From an uncultured Alphaproteobacteria bacterium (GTDB lineage: Bacteria > Pseudomonadota > Alphaproteobacteria > JAGOMX01), in contig CAWAEF010000031.1 of assembly GCA_963780985.1 (NCBI GenBank), forward strand, positions 17,286 through 81,285: 64,000 nucleotides of DNA, written 5' to 3'. Below are positions 28,926 to 41,302 of this stretch, piece by piece. Within the stretch, counting starts at the first letter, position 1, and every line of letters starts with the position of its first letter. Below the pieces are notes generated by a model. It did not search any database. It was not told the origin of the DNA and was given only the letters and a program-made list of their open reading frames with translations. The position numbers and the translations under genes are program-made.

Positions 28926-30288
28926 TCTCGCTTGCTTTAAAGCCTACGATATTCGTGGGCGTGTGCCTGACGTGCTGAGTTATGATTTAGCTTATGATAT
29001 TGGCCGTGCCTATGCGCGGGTTATTAATCCTGGAACGGTCGTTGTGGGTTATGATATCCGCTTAGAGAGCCCAGAGATGGCCAATCGCCTGATGCAGGGT
29101 CTCAATGACGAAGGTGTCAACGTTATCAATATTGGACTATGCGGTACGGAAGAAGTTTATTTCCAAACCTTTGATCGAGGTGTGGGCGGCGGCATCATGA
29201 TAACGGCCAGCCATAACCCCAAGGGGTACAATGGTATGAAGTTGGTGCGTGAGAATTCGATCCCTATTTCAGGGGATTCCGGACTATTCGCGATCCGCGA
29301 TCTGGCGGCCCAGTTGCAGGCAGAGCGGCTTCCGTCTAAGGGACCGATAGGCAACATCAATGAGGACTTTGATAAGAGCCGCTATATCTCCCATATTCTG
29401 GGCTATGTGGACACGGACTTACTAAAACCCCTCAAAATCGTCGTAAACCCTGGCAATGGCGGGGCAGGGCTTATCATTAAGCTGCTGGAGCCACATTTGC
29501 CCTTTGAATTTATTTACATCAATGAAGAGCCCGATGGGAATTTCCCCAACGGTGTGCCTAACCCGTTGTTGCCCGATGCGCGGTCGCTTACAGCCGATGC
29601 GGTGAAGCTGCATGGCGCCCATATGGGTATTGCTTGGGATGGCGATTTTGATCGCTGTTTCTTGTTCTCAGAAAATGGCGACTTCATTGAGGGCTATTAC
29701 ATCGTAGGCTTGTTGGCGGCGGCATTTCTTAAGAAGTCTAAGGGTGAGAAAATTATTCATGATCCCCGCCTTACTTGGAATACCATTGATATGGTGGAAC
29801 AAGCAGGCGGACTCGCCATTCAAAGTAAAACCGGCCACGCCTTTATCAAAGAACGTATGAGGGAAGAGAACGCAATCTATGGCGGCGAGATGAGTGCCCA
29901 CCACTATTTCCGCGATTTCGCGTACTGCGACAGCGGCATGATTCCCTGGTTGCTGGTGGCAGAGCTAATGTGCATCGCCGGCAAACCCCTGTCCCAGATG
30001 GTGGAAGAGCGCATCGCAGCTTACCCTTGCAGCGGCGAGATCAACTATAAGGTTGAGAACGCACCGGCAGTGATCGCTGGCATAATGAAGTCCTACGAGT
30101 CCCAGAATCCCAAGGTCGAGAACATCGATGGGCTGAGCCTAGAGTTTCCAGAATGGCGTTTGAACCTGCGAACATCCAACACGGAGCCTTTGCTGCGGTT
30201 GAATGTGGAGACCCGGGCGGATCAGAAACTGTTGTGGGAAAAGGTTTCTGAGGTTGAGGCGCTGTTGGGTCAGGGGACGAGTTCTTAA
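28915..30288 (+). CDS. manB: phosphomannomutase
   Basis: The start is taken at ATG 28915 (MPHSLACFKAYDIRG). The active-site loop TASHNPKGYNGMK and GIAWDGDFDR are present. It overlaps the manC stop by 11 nt. Confidence 0.9.
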   Translation: MPHSLACFKAYDIRGRVPDVLSYDLAYDIGRAYARVINPGTVVVGYDIRLESPEMANRLMQGLNDEGVNVINIGLCGTEEVYFQTFDRGVGGGIMITASHNPKGYNGMKLVRENSIPISGDSGLFAIRDLAAQLQAERLPSKGPIGNINEDFDKSRYISHILGYVDTDLLKPLKIVVNPGNGGAGLIIKLLEPHLPFEFIYINEEPDGNFPNGVPNPLLPDARSLTADAVKLHGAHMGIAWDGDFDRCFLFSENGDFIEGYYIVGLLAAAFLKKSKGEKIIHDPRLTWNTIDMVEQAGGLAIQSKTGHAFIKERMREENAIYGGEMSAHHYFRDFAYCDSGMIPWLLVAELMCIAGKPLSQMVEERIAAYPCSGEINYKVENAPAVIAGIMKSYESQNPKVENIDGLSLEFPEWRLNLRTSNTEPLLRLNVETRADQKLLWEKVSEVEALLGQGTSS

Positions 30289-30313
30289 ATCTTAGTACCA
30301 TGCCCCAACACCC

Positions 30314-30543
30314 GTCATCCTGAACGGACGACCGCGAAGCGGGCGGTAGTGAAGGATCCAGTTAAACATGTGTCGCGTAGCGACTCTGCTTATAAATACA
30401 CGAAACAAGTAAGTGAAATAGCCGACCGTCGAGATGATGACAAACAAGATGATTGATGCCATGTAAAGCAGGGTCGCTTCGCGACGCATGTCTGACTGGA
30501 TCCTTCACTACCGCCCGCTTCGCGGTCGTCCGTTCAGGATGAC
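30314..30543. repeat. 230-bp long-stem palindromic module (family B), stand-alone copy
   Basis: gtcatcctgaacggacgaccgcgaagcgggcggtagtgaaggatccagt ... ctggatccttcactaccgcccgcttcgcggtcgtccgttcaggatgac. It lies between manB and wzm. Confidence 0.9.
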
Positions 30544-30714
30544 GGACGACTGGGGGTATGTGCTCGTTTTTTCAAAATTAGAATCGCTGCAAAAAAGTTG
30601 CGGAATTTTGGTATCTGTGTTACTAAAACATGTCTAAACAAGGGAACATCGTGACCACTAAATTGTTTAGCCTCACGCCCGTGCGTGACATCAATATAAC
30701 AGCTGGAACCGTTT

Positions 30715-31500
30715 ATGTTTGATAGTTTATGGACTTATCGTTATTTTATTTTTTCGGCCATACGAAACGACCTGACGGCTCGTTTTGCGCATTCTAAGCT
30801 TGGTGCCTTATGGGTCATCTTCAATCCCTTGGCCCAGGTCATGATCTATGCTTTGATTTTATCGAACGTTTTGGCGGCTAAGCTTCCCGGTATCGACAAT
30901 AAATATGCCTTTGCTATCTATTTGTTGGCTGGAACGCTGGGTTGGGCACTGTTCTCAGAAATCATCACCCGCTCGGTCAGTATGTTTGTGGAAAGCGCCA
31001 ATCTGTTAAAGAAAATCAACTTCCCCAAGGTAACGCTGCCGACCATAATGTTGGGATCATGCTTGTTGAACAACTTGATTTTGTTAAGCGTCATCTTGGT
31101 CATATTTACCCTGCTGGACCATTCTTTTAGCATGACTATTTTTTGGCTGATACCTGTTACAGGAACTTTGGTGTTGTTTGGCTTTGGCATTGGTTTGATC
31201 CTTGGTGTGATTAATGTATTTGTGCGCGACGTGTCCCAGGTTGTGCCTATCTTTTTGCAGGTTCTGTTTTGGTTTACGCCCATTGTCTATCCCATATCTA
31301 TTATCCCGGCAGAGTATGTATCCTGGATGAGCTTGAATCCGTTGGTTCCCATCATCGAGGCGTATCATAACATTTTGATGTACGACCAAGCGCCGGATAT
31401 GACGAGTTTTCTGCATCTGAATGTGATTGGGCTGGCCATTACTCTTGTTGGGCTGTTGATGTTCAGGAGAGCAAGCCCTGAAATGGTGGACGTGCTATGA
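30715..31500 (+). CDS. wzm: polysaccharide ABC-2 type transporter permease
   Basis: 261 aa, 6-TM ABC-2 type. The N-terminus RNDLTARFAHSKLGALWVIFNPL is typical of Wzm/TagG. It is coupled to the ATPase by an ATGA overlap. Confidence 0.88.
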   Translation: MFDSLWTYRYFIFSAIRNDLTARFAHSKLGALWVIFNPLAQVMIYALILSNVLAAKLPGIDNKYAFAIYLLAGTLGWALFSEIITRSVSMFVESANLLKKINFPKVTLPTIMLGSCLLNNLILLSVILVIFTLLDHSFSMTIFWLIPVTGTLVLFGFGIGLILGVINVFVRDVSQVVPIFLQVLFWFTPIVYPISIIPAEYVSWMSLNPLVPIIEAYHNILMYDQAPDMTSFLHLNVIGLAITLVGLLMFRRASPEMVDVL

Positions 31501-32720
31501 GTATTTTAAGGGTTAGCCAATTAGGAAAATCTTACCGGCAATATGCTTCGGAATTAATCCGTTTTGCGCGCTGGTTTGGTTTGCCGTTTAAACCCTCCGC
31601 CGAGCATTGGGTTCTTAACGAAATTTCCTTTGAGGTTCTGAAGGGCCAATCGGTCGGGATCATCGGTAAGAATGGTGCTGGAAAAAGTACTCTGTTGAAG
31701 ATGATTACGGGCGTTCTACAGCCCTCCACGGGCACGATTCAAGTGAATGGAAAGATTGCCGCCATCCTAGAGTTAGGCATGGGCTTTAATCCCGATCTTA
31801 ACGCCAGGCAGAACGTCTACCATGCGCTGGGCCTAATGGGTCATAGTCACGGGGCAATAGACGATGCTATGCCGGATTTAGAAGCATTCGCTGAAATCGG
31901 GGAATACTTCGATCAACCGATTCGCACCTACTCCAGTGGCATGCAGATGCGCGTGGCATTTGCTGTGGCAACGGCCTTCAGGCCTGATATTTTAATCGTG
32001 GATGAAGCATTGTCCGTCGGGGATGCTTATTTCCAACACAAGAGCTTTGATCGTATCCGCGAGATGAAAGAGCAGGGGACGTCCCTTTTGATCGTGTCCC
32101 ATGACTTGTCATCCATACAAGCGCTCTGCGATAAAGTGATTCTGTTACAAAATGGTGGACTTATAATGGAAGGGCGGCCTGAAACCGTTCTGGATTATTA
32201 TAATGCATCTCTGGCTGAGCATCAGAACCAAAAGGTTCGCCAAGTGGAGCATGGTGTCAACAAAGTTCAAACAATATCTGGTACGGGTGAAGTAACCATT
32301 TCTAAGGTGGAGCTATTGGATCACGATGGCCAATGTATCGAGGTAGCCAGTGTTGGTCAGGAATTAACTTTGGCGGTGGGTGCTAAAGCCCATTCTAATA
32401 TTGAAAAGCTGGTGCTTGGTTTTGCGATTAAAAACCATCTAGGGCAGGTGATCTATGGAACAAACACCTATCATACGAAACAAATCCAGCATAAAATAGC
32501 GGCTGGTTCCGAGCTGTCTTTTTTGGTAAAGTTCCCTGCTAATTTGGGTGTGGGGACGTATTCGGTGCAACTGGCTTTGTGTAGTTCAGATACCCATTTA
32601 GAGAATAATTATGAATGGCGTGACCTGGCTTATGTCTTTGAAATAGCTAATGTAGGCAGAGACTTCTTTGCAGGCATGGCATGGTTGGATTCAGCGATCG
32701 AGGTAAAAAAAGCTTCATGA
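31497..32720 (+). CDS. wzt: polysaccharide ABC transporter ATP-binding protein with C-terminal extension (Wzt-type)
   Basis: 407 aa with Walker A GKNGAGKST, signature YSSGMQMRVAFA and Walker B ILIVDEALSVGD. About 150 extra C-terminal aa resemble the Wzt carbohydrate-binding domain. Confidence 0.88.
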   Translation: MSILRVSQLGKSYRQYASELIRFARWFGLPFKPSAEHWVLNEISFEVLKGQSVGIIGKNGAGKSTLLKMITGVLQPSTGTIQVNGKIAAILELGMGFNPDLNARQNVYHALGLMGHSHGAIDDAMPDLEAFAEIGEYFDQPIRTYSSGMQMRVAFAVATAFRPDILIVDEALSVGDAYFQHKSFDRIREMKEQGTSLLIVSHDLSSIQALCDKVILLQNGGLIMEGRPETVLDYYNASLAEHQNQKVRQVEHGVNKVQTISGTGEVTISKVELLDHDGQCIEVASVGQELTLAVGAKAHSNIEKLVLGFAIKNHLGQVIYGTNTYHTKQIQHKIAAGSELSFLVKFPANLGVGTYSVQLALCSSDTHLENNYEWRDLAYVFEIANVGRDFFAGMAWLDSAIEVKKAS

Positions 32721-32763
32721 CTTGTAACTACTCACCAAATATTGCCAGGGGTGGTAACATCTT

Positions 32764-32900
32764 CCAGCTTGTCGTCCCCGCGAAGGCGGGGATCCAGCGC
32801 AAAATGCGTCGCGGAGCGACTCTGTACTTTCTATACAGAGCTGCTTCGCAGCGCATTTTAAGAGCTGGACCCCCGCCTTCGCGGGGGCGACAAGCTGGGG
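32764..32900. repeat. 135-bp palindromic element, family A, copy 3
   Basis: ccagcttgtcgtccccgcgaaggcggggatccagcgcaaaatgcgtcgcggagcgactctg ... gctggacccccgccttcgcgggggcgacaagctgggg. Confidence 0.85.
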
Positions 32901-32940
32901 GCTTGTGCCCTCCTATCCACCATTATGCTGAGTGGTTACC

Positions 32941-35900
32941 ATGACGTTTATATCTTATGCACAGAATTTTGAAGACGTCATGTTATGGCGGGTCTTTAAA
33001 GATATTAAGAACGGCTATTACGTTGATGTTGGCTCACAAGATCCTGTGGTTGACTCGGTCAGTTATGCTTTCAGCCAAAATGGCTGGAAGGGGCTTAGTG
33101 TAGAGCCGACCGAGCAGTATGTTACTCTGTTTAAAGAAACCCGCCCCCAAGACGATATTATTCAAGCATTTGTTTCCGATCATAAAACCCAGCTGGAATT
33201 TTATGTTTTTCCAGATACGGGCTTGTCTACAGCTAATTCTGAGATATCCGAGGGACACAAGCTGGCTGGTTTTGAATGCGTTACAAAACTTGTTGAGACC
33301 ATTACCCTTGACGATGTTTTAAGGCATGCCGGTAATAGGGAAATTCATTGGCTGAAGATTGATGTGGAAGGGCATGAAGAACAGGTTGTCAAGGGATGGA
33401 CTAATGATGTTCGGCCGTGGGTGTTGGTTTTAGAAAGTTTCCTGCCTTTATCAGGAGTTCAGACCCTTCATAAGATTGAAAGTTACCATACTTGGGAGCC
33501 ATCTCTTCTTGAAAAAGGCTATGAATTTGTATACGCAGATGGACCAAATCGTTTTTATCTGCATAAGGATCATTTGGATTTAAAACCATCCTTTCGTTTT
33601 CCCCCGAATGTTTTGGAAGATGACTATATAACTTATCAGGCTTCTCAAGCGGAGGATCGGGTTACTCAGGCGGAGCATAGAGCTTGGAAGGCGGATTGTG
33701 GACTCAGGGAAAGCGAGCTAGCCATTCAGTCCCTCAGGAGCGAGCTTGGCGACCAGGCGCTGAAGCTGAAAATTATAGATGACCAGCGGTCCTATCTGGA
33801 GAGCATGCAAGCGGCTCTAAAGATAGCAACCGAGCGGCAAGCTGAATTATTGGCTGAAAAATGCGCTTTTGAGATACGCATTGCTGAAACGAAGGACCTG
33901 ATAGCGAAACTTGAAGCGGAAAATGCCCACAAGCAAGAATTGTTGGTTGAGACGGCTAATCTCGAGTCAACCGTCGAGCTGATGAATCAACAAATTGCGG
34001 AACTAGAAGCGGAAAATGCCCACAAGCAAGAATTACAGGGTGAGATGGCTAGATTAGAGTCATGCTTGGAAACGACCAATCTGCAAATCGCTGAGTTAAA
34101 TACGGATAAAATCGTTATGTCAAAACACGAGGATGAGCTACTTAAGCAAATTCGAGATCGGGATACCCATATTCGAGAGTTAGAGACTGAACTATGCCAT
34201 CGCAAAGCCTCTTCTTCCGAAGCATCCAGGGCGCTTGAAGCACTACATCGCAGCCTTTCCTGGAAAATCACCCGTCCTTTACGGGAATCCAAAAAGATTC
34301 TCCGGGATTGTTACCTGAAGCTAAGATCGGTCCTCTGGCGAGTGGCTAAGCCGATCTTCAGCAAAATTCTGTTAGAAGTGGGGCTTATCGTGAAAAGACA
34401 CCCAGGTCTAAAGGAAAAGGTACTCCTCCAGTTGCACAGATTCCCGCGGCTAGCATCACGAATGCAGCGGGTGTTTGAGCAAGAGGTGCACAAAAAGGTA
34501 TTTGGCACCGCCAACGTCGAACAACTTCTGGTCATCGATGGCTCTTCCATTGAAGACATTTTGAAATCCCGTTTGAAATCCCAAGCCTATACCCATTTGC
34601 CGAAAAGGGCAGGGTGTGATGGTATGAGAATCATACTGGATATGCGGGAAGACTCTATTCAAAGCACCGCAGGTCAATTTACCATGAATCATACCAAGGC
34701 GTTGCTTCGAAACGCAGGGAAACATGAATATATCCTGCTATTGTCAGATAGCTCGCCCGAATTTAAGCACCGACTGACCCGAGAATTCCATGGGCTCTTA
34801 GCTGACGACCGCGTCATTGTCTGGAATGATCTTCCCGATGAGTTTTATAAGAACGTTGACCAAACGACACGCGCCACTGTTGCGGGGATCTTGCGGGAAC
34901 AATTTATCTCCGGGTTGCAGCCAGACCTGATCTATACCACCAGCCTGCCCGTGGATGATGGCTCACCCGGGTCCTGTCGATCCAGCATCCCAACAGCTGT
35001 CACCTTGTTCCATATGCAGCCATACGTCCTTTCGCAAATCGACTTTCTTAAACGAGCGGACCTTATTTTAGTCCCTTCACCTGCCTTACGAGAACAGGTC
35101 ATTGAACATCTGCATAAGCCAGAAGACCAGGTCGTTAACATTGCCTGCGATGACAATGGCCTATTATTGGATCTTGCAAACTGTCGCGAGAAACATCAGC
35201 AGGAAAACTATTGGAACACACTTGCCAAGACCACGTTACAGGCCTTTGAAAATGCGCGCGAGCAACATGTAGGCTCCGTTGCAATCCGGATGCCACACGT
35301 TGAAGAACTATCCAGAGCCGTATCCGAGCAATACTCGCGTCTTAGGAACAGTATGGTGCGCCGCAATCTAAATTTGGGCAACGGGCTCAAAATAGTCTTA
35401 GATCTGCAAGGTGCGCAAGGCTCACAGGCTGAAAGAGGCATTGGACGCTACAGTATCGTCATGGCAAAGGCCATACTTCAAAACCCCAGAGACCATAAGA
35501 TTTTTATTGCCCTGAATGGAGCATTTCCTGAATCCGTTGAGAAGTTGAAAAATGAATTCAAGGATCTTGTCCATCCAGATGACATCATCGTATGGAATGG
35601 TTTGTCGCACACGGCACGCTACCACCAAACCAATAGCGACCGAGCCCAGCTGTCGGCCTTCATTCGTGAGGGCACATTGTGGAGTCTGAATCCTGATGTT
35701 CTTCACATATCCAGCCTATTTGAAGGTCTTCATGAGGATCATGTTACTTCCATTAAAAGCTATTTTGGCGAAGTACCGACGACTGTTACTCTTTATGACT
35801 TGATTCCCTTTATCAATCCAGACCAGTATCTGGCATTGCCCGAGGCGAAAGAGTTATACATGCAGCAAATCGAACATCTAAAACAGGCTGATTTGCTGTT

Positions 35901-36690
35901 ATCTATCTCCGATTCTTCCCGACAGGAAGTGCTTGATCATCTGGGCATCCAGCAGTTCAGAAAAACTGTAACCATATCCTGTGATACCTCTTCCAACTTC
36001 CGCGCCCTGAATCTTTCTGAGCCGGAAATTGCGGACTTGCGGTCAAGATATCACATTACCGGTAAATTCATCTTAACGGTGGGAGCCGTGGGCGCGGGCA
36101 ATGATCGCAAAAATGCCAAAGCCTTAGTAGAAGCATATGCGCGATTGCCCAAGCATTTACAGAATGAATATCAGCTGGTGATTATTGGCTCAGCGGACGA
36201 TATTGCAAAGCTTGCGATGAAGGAATTTACAAGAAACCTATCCTTGGGAGACGACAGAATCCTGATTACGGGTCATATCTCAGAACGGGATTTGGTGTCC
36301 CTTTATAATCAAACGGAGCTTTTTGTATTTCCGTCTCTGCACGAGGGTTTTGGTCTTCCTGCACTAGAAGCCATGCGCTGCGGTGTTCCCGTCATAGGCT
36401 CCAACACCAGCAGCATTCCAGAAGTGATTGGCATCGAGGATGCTCTGTTTGATCCTACATCTATTGAGTCTATGGCGGCAAAAATGGAGCAGGCCCTGAC
36501 CTCGGAAGAATTTAGGCAAGCATTGCTTTCCCACGGTAAGGAACAGCAGAAGAGGTTTTCCTGGGAGTCCATAGCTGACCGTGCTTTCGACGCCTTTGAG
36601 GAGTTCTATGGAAGGTCGCGGAACTCAGGGGTGACCATAACGAAGGACACGAGTCAGTCAACAAAAAAGCTGCAGCAACTCGCGGGCTAA
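32941..36690 (+). CDS. fusion protein: FkbM-type methyltransferase + long coiled coil + two GT4 glycosyltransferase modules
   Basis: The ORF starts at 32932 (GTG) and ATG 32941 gives MTFISYAQNFEDV. The FkbM pattern is YYVDVGSQDP...WLKIDVEGHEEQVV. A heptad-rich region lies at about 33640-34290. The C-terminal GT4 signature is FVFPSLHEGFGLPALEAMRCGVPVIGSNTSSIPEV. Confidence 0.85.
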   Translation: MTFISYAQNFEDVMLWRVFKDIKNGYYVDVGSQDPVVDSVSYAFSQNGWKGLSVEPTEQYVTLFKETRPQDDIIQAFVSDHKTQLEFYVFPDTGLSTANSEISEGHKLAGFECVTKLVETITLDDVLRHAGNREIHWLKIDVEGHEEQVVKGWTNDVRPWVLVLESFLPLSGVQTLHKIESYHTWEPSLLEKGYEFVYADGPNRFYLHKDHLDLKPSFRFPPNVLEDDYITYQASQAEDRVTQAEHRAWKADCGLRESELAIQSLRSELGDQALKLKIIDDQRSYLESMQAALKIATERQAELLAEKCAFEIRIAETKDLIAKLEAENAHKQELLVETANLESTVELMNQQIAELEAENAHKQELQGEMARLESCLETTNLQIAELNTDKIVMSKHEDELLKQIRDRDTHIRELETELCHRKASSSEASRALEALHRSLSWKITRPLRESKKILRDCYLKLRSVLWRVAKPIFSKILLEVGLIVKRHPGLKEKVLLQLHRFPRLASRMQRVFEQEVHKKVFGTANVEQLLVIDGSSIEDILKSRLKSQAYTHLPKRAGCDGMRIILDMREDSIQSTAGQFTMNHTKALLRNAGKHEYILLLSDSSPEFKHRLTREFHGLLADDRVIVWNDLPDEFYKNVDQTTRATVAGILREQFISGLQPDLIYTTSLPVDDGSPGSCRSSIPTAVTLFHMQPYVLSQIDFLKRADLILVPSPALREQVIEHLHKPEDQVVNIACDDNGLLLDLANCREKHQQENYWNTLAKTTLQAFENAREQHVGSVAIRMPHVEELSRAVSEQYSRLRNSMVRRNLNLGNGLKIVLDLQGAQGSQAERGIGRYSIVMAKAILQNPRDHKIFIALNGAFPESVEKLKNEFKDLVHPDDIIVWNGLSHTARYHQTNSDRAQLSAFIREGTLWSLNPDVLHISSLFEGLHEDHVTSIKSYFGEVPTTVTLYDLIPFINPDQYLALPEAKELYMQQIEHLKQADLLLSISDSSRQEVLDHLGIQQFRKTVTISCDTSSNFRALNLSEPEIADLRSRYHITGKFILTVGAVGAGNDRKNAKALVEAYARLPKHLQNEYQLVIIGSADDIAKLAMKEFTRNLSLGDDRILITGHISERDLVSLYNQTELFVFPSLHEGFGLPALEAMRCGVPVIGSNTSSIPEVIGIEDALFDPTSIESMAAKMEQALTSEEFRQALLSHGKEQQKRFSWESIADRAFDAFEEFYGRSRNSGVTITKDTSQSTKKLQQLAG

Positions 36691-36755
36691 ACGGGAGGCT
36701 ACGGGTTATTTTATAGCTTGCCTTTTCACGTATAACTGATCTATATAACATCAGT

Positions 36756-36780
36756 AAAATGGGGAGACTCCCCTTTTAAA
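36756..36780 (+). terminator. putative rho-independent terminator after the fusion gene
   Basis: aaaatggggag a ctcccctttt hairpin with a T run. A second hairpin (actgat...atcagt) lies just upstream. Confidence 0.5.
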
Positions 36781-36803
36781 GACAAGTACAAGACAGAATT
36801 TGA

Positions 36804-38747
<1,944 letters not shown>

Positions 38748-38766
<19 letters not shown>

Positions 38767-39890
38767 AAATCGGTGTAGATGCCAAAAGCCTTTGTGGTAC
38801 CATTACGGGTATCGGCAGATATACCATTGAGATGTGCAAAGCCCTCAGCACCATTCCCGGTGTGTCACTTTATCTTTACAGCCCCAGTCCCATTAATGAA
38901 GAAATTGTAAAAGCCATTGGTCCCAAACATTACAGGTCTGGAACTATCAACAGCCGGGTGGTAAGGCAACTCTGGTGTGATACCTCCCTGCCGATGTGGG
39001 CGAATACCGATGGGGTCGAGGTGTTATGGGGACCTAGCCATCGCTTACCCCGCTTCATAGCCTCTCATATTGTCCGGGTTGTTACTATTCATGACTTGGT
39101 CTGGATATATGCCAGTCAAACCATGAGCAGCCTCACCAGATTTCTAGAACGGCTCCATATGCCCGCAGCAATTAAAAAAGCAGACCGGATTGTTGCCGTC
39201 TCATCAGCTACCGCCAAGTCAATTGCCGAGAATTACCGCAGCCGTGCCAATAGGGTAGCCACAGTGCTTGAGGGTGCCGATCACATGACGACTACACCCG
39301 ACACAACAGTGCTGGAATCCTATAACATATCGGGACCTTATTGTCTATTTGTGGGAACCCTAGAGCCCCGCAAGAATCTGGCGAATTTACTAGCTGCATA
39401 CGCAAAATTACCCCAGGAAGTCAAAGAAAAATGCACATTGCTTGTCGCTGGAGGCAAGGGCTGGGGGGATGTGAATCTGGCAGAGACTATTAAGAAGCTT
39501 GAACTCGAAGCCCACGTACTGCTGCTCGGCTACGTGGACGAGCCAACCCTGGCGGCTTTGTATTCTCAGGCGCGATTTTTAGTCATGCCATCTCTCTACG
39601 AAGGCTTTGGGCTACCCTTGGTGGAGGCAATGACCTATGGCACCCCGGTGCTCACATCTAATAACTCATCCATGATCGAAGTGGCGGGAGACGCGGGAAT
39701 TCTCGTTGATCCCTTAGACCTTGATTCTATTACCCAGGGCCTGTTACAACTCATCACCGACGACAAGCTGCACAGCAAGTTGTCCCAGAATGCGACAAAG
39801 CATGTAGCCCAATTCACCTGGAGCCGAGCCGCGGAACAGTTGACCCAGGTGCTACATGAAGCTGTAGCTGAAAGGAAAATAGCTTCATGA
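38748..39890 (+). CDS. GT4 family glycosyltransferase (WbpZ/WbpY-like)
   Basis: 380 aa with the C-terminal VMPSLYEGFGLPLVEAMTYGTPVLTSNNSSMIEV. Confidence 0.88.
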
Positions 39891-41005
39891 AGGTCCTACA
39901 TTTCTGCAAGTCCTACTTCCCGGACAATTACGGTGGCATCGAAACCACTATTAACCAGATATGCTTGGGCACCAAAGCCCTGGGTATAGAGTCTGAGATT
40001 CTCTGCCTGACACCAAATAAAGAAGAATCAACCATTGAGATCAACGGCATAAAGGTCCATCGTGTACCACAATTAATGTCGCTAGCATCCACACCGCTTT
40101 CATTTAAAATCCTCAAGCGATATGCTGAGATAGCCAAAGATTTCGACGTAATAAACTTCCATTTCCCGTGGCCCATGGCTGATCTAACCCATTTGGTCTC
40201 GGGTTTGAACAAGCCCTCGGTTGTGCTGTATCATTCAGATATCGTCAAACAAAAGACAATTCTGAAATTCTACAAACCCTTAATGAACCGATTTTTATCA
40301 AGCGTGGACGCAATCGTTGCCACATCACCTAACTATGCGGCGAGTAGCGAAGTGCTGCATCAGTACGCACACAAAGTAAGTGTTATTCCCTTTGGTTTGT
40401 CCCGGGCATCTTATCCCCAGCCGTCCGAAGAGCGACTCAATTACTGGCGCGAGAGGTTTCCATCCCGCTTCTTTTTATTCATAGGTATCTTGCGCTATTA
40501 TAAGGGCGCTCATGCCCTGATCGATGCGGCCAAGGGATTGTACGTACCTGTCGTCTTGATTGGTGCTGGCGGTATTGAGTCTGAACTGAAAGCCCAGGCT
40601 GAAGAAATCAACGCTTCCAACGTACATTTTCTGGGGGCACTGTCCGATGAAGATAAGGTGGCATTGTTGATGCTCTCTTATGGTGTAATTTTACCATCCC
40701 AGCTGCGCTCTGAGGCCTTTGGTATCTCGTTGCTAGAGGGAGCCATGTATGGCAAGCCTCTGATTTCCTGCGAAATCGGAACGGGCACCACCTATATCAA
40801 TATCCACGGGCAAACCGGCATAGTTATACCCCCCGAGTACCCATATGCTCTCCACCAAGCCATGAAGAATCTCCTAGACAACCCAGACAAAGCCGCAGAA
40901 CTGGGACAAGGCGCAGCCAAAAGGTTCGAAGAACTCTTTACGGAACAGAAGATGGCAAAGTCCTATGCGGACTTGTATCGCAAGGTTATGGAGAATAAGA
41001 GATAG
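39887..41005 (+). CDS. GT4 family glycosyltransferase
   Basis: 372 aa with ILPSQLRSEAFGISLLEGAMYGKPLISCEIGTG. An ATGA overlap joins it to the previous GT. Confidence 0.85.
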   Translation: MKVLHFCKSYFPDNYGGIETTINQICLGTKALGIESEILCLTPNKEESTIEINGIKVHRVPQLMSLASTPLSFKILKRYAEIAKDFDVINFHFPWPMADLTHLVSGLNKPSVVLYHSDIVKQKTILKFYKPLMNRFLSSVDAIVATSPNYAASSEVLHQYAHKVSVIPFGLSRASYPQPSEERLNYWRERFPSRFFLFIGILRYYKGAHALIDAAKGLYVPVVLIGAGGIESELKAQAEEINASNVHFLGALSDEDKVALLMLSYGVILPSQLRSEAFGISLLEGAMYGKPLISCEIGTGTTYINIHGQTGIVIPPEYPYALHQAMKNLLDNPDKAAELGQGAAKRFEELFTEQKMAKSYADLYRKVMENKR

Positions 41006-41046
41006 GGACTCCAGGGCCTATGCATGAAAATTAAAAGTGCACAAAG

Positions 41047-41180
41047 CTCCAGCTTGCCTCCCCTGGATGCGCAGGGGTCCAGCGCAAAATGCGTCGCGTA
41101 GCGACTCTGTATTATCTTCGGAGCTTCTACGCAGCACACTATCAGTGCTGGGCCCCTGCGCATCCAGGGGAGGAAAGCTG
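41047..41180. repeat. 135-bp palindromic element, family A, copy 4
   Basis: ccagcttgcctcccctggatgcgcaggggtccagcgcaaaatgcgtcgcgtagcgactctg ... cccctgcgcatccaggggaggaaagctggg. Confidence 0.85.
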
Positions 41181-41302
41181 GGAGCTAAGTGTTTCCCTGT
41201 ATATCCTTCTTTTTCATGCGTAGGCCCTGGATAGGCTCTTGACATCCCTATCTTAACTTTCTAAGAATATCTTTACACGTTAATTATTTTCAGGAGTTTA
41301 GA

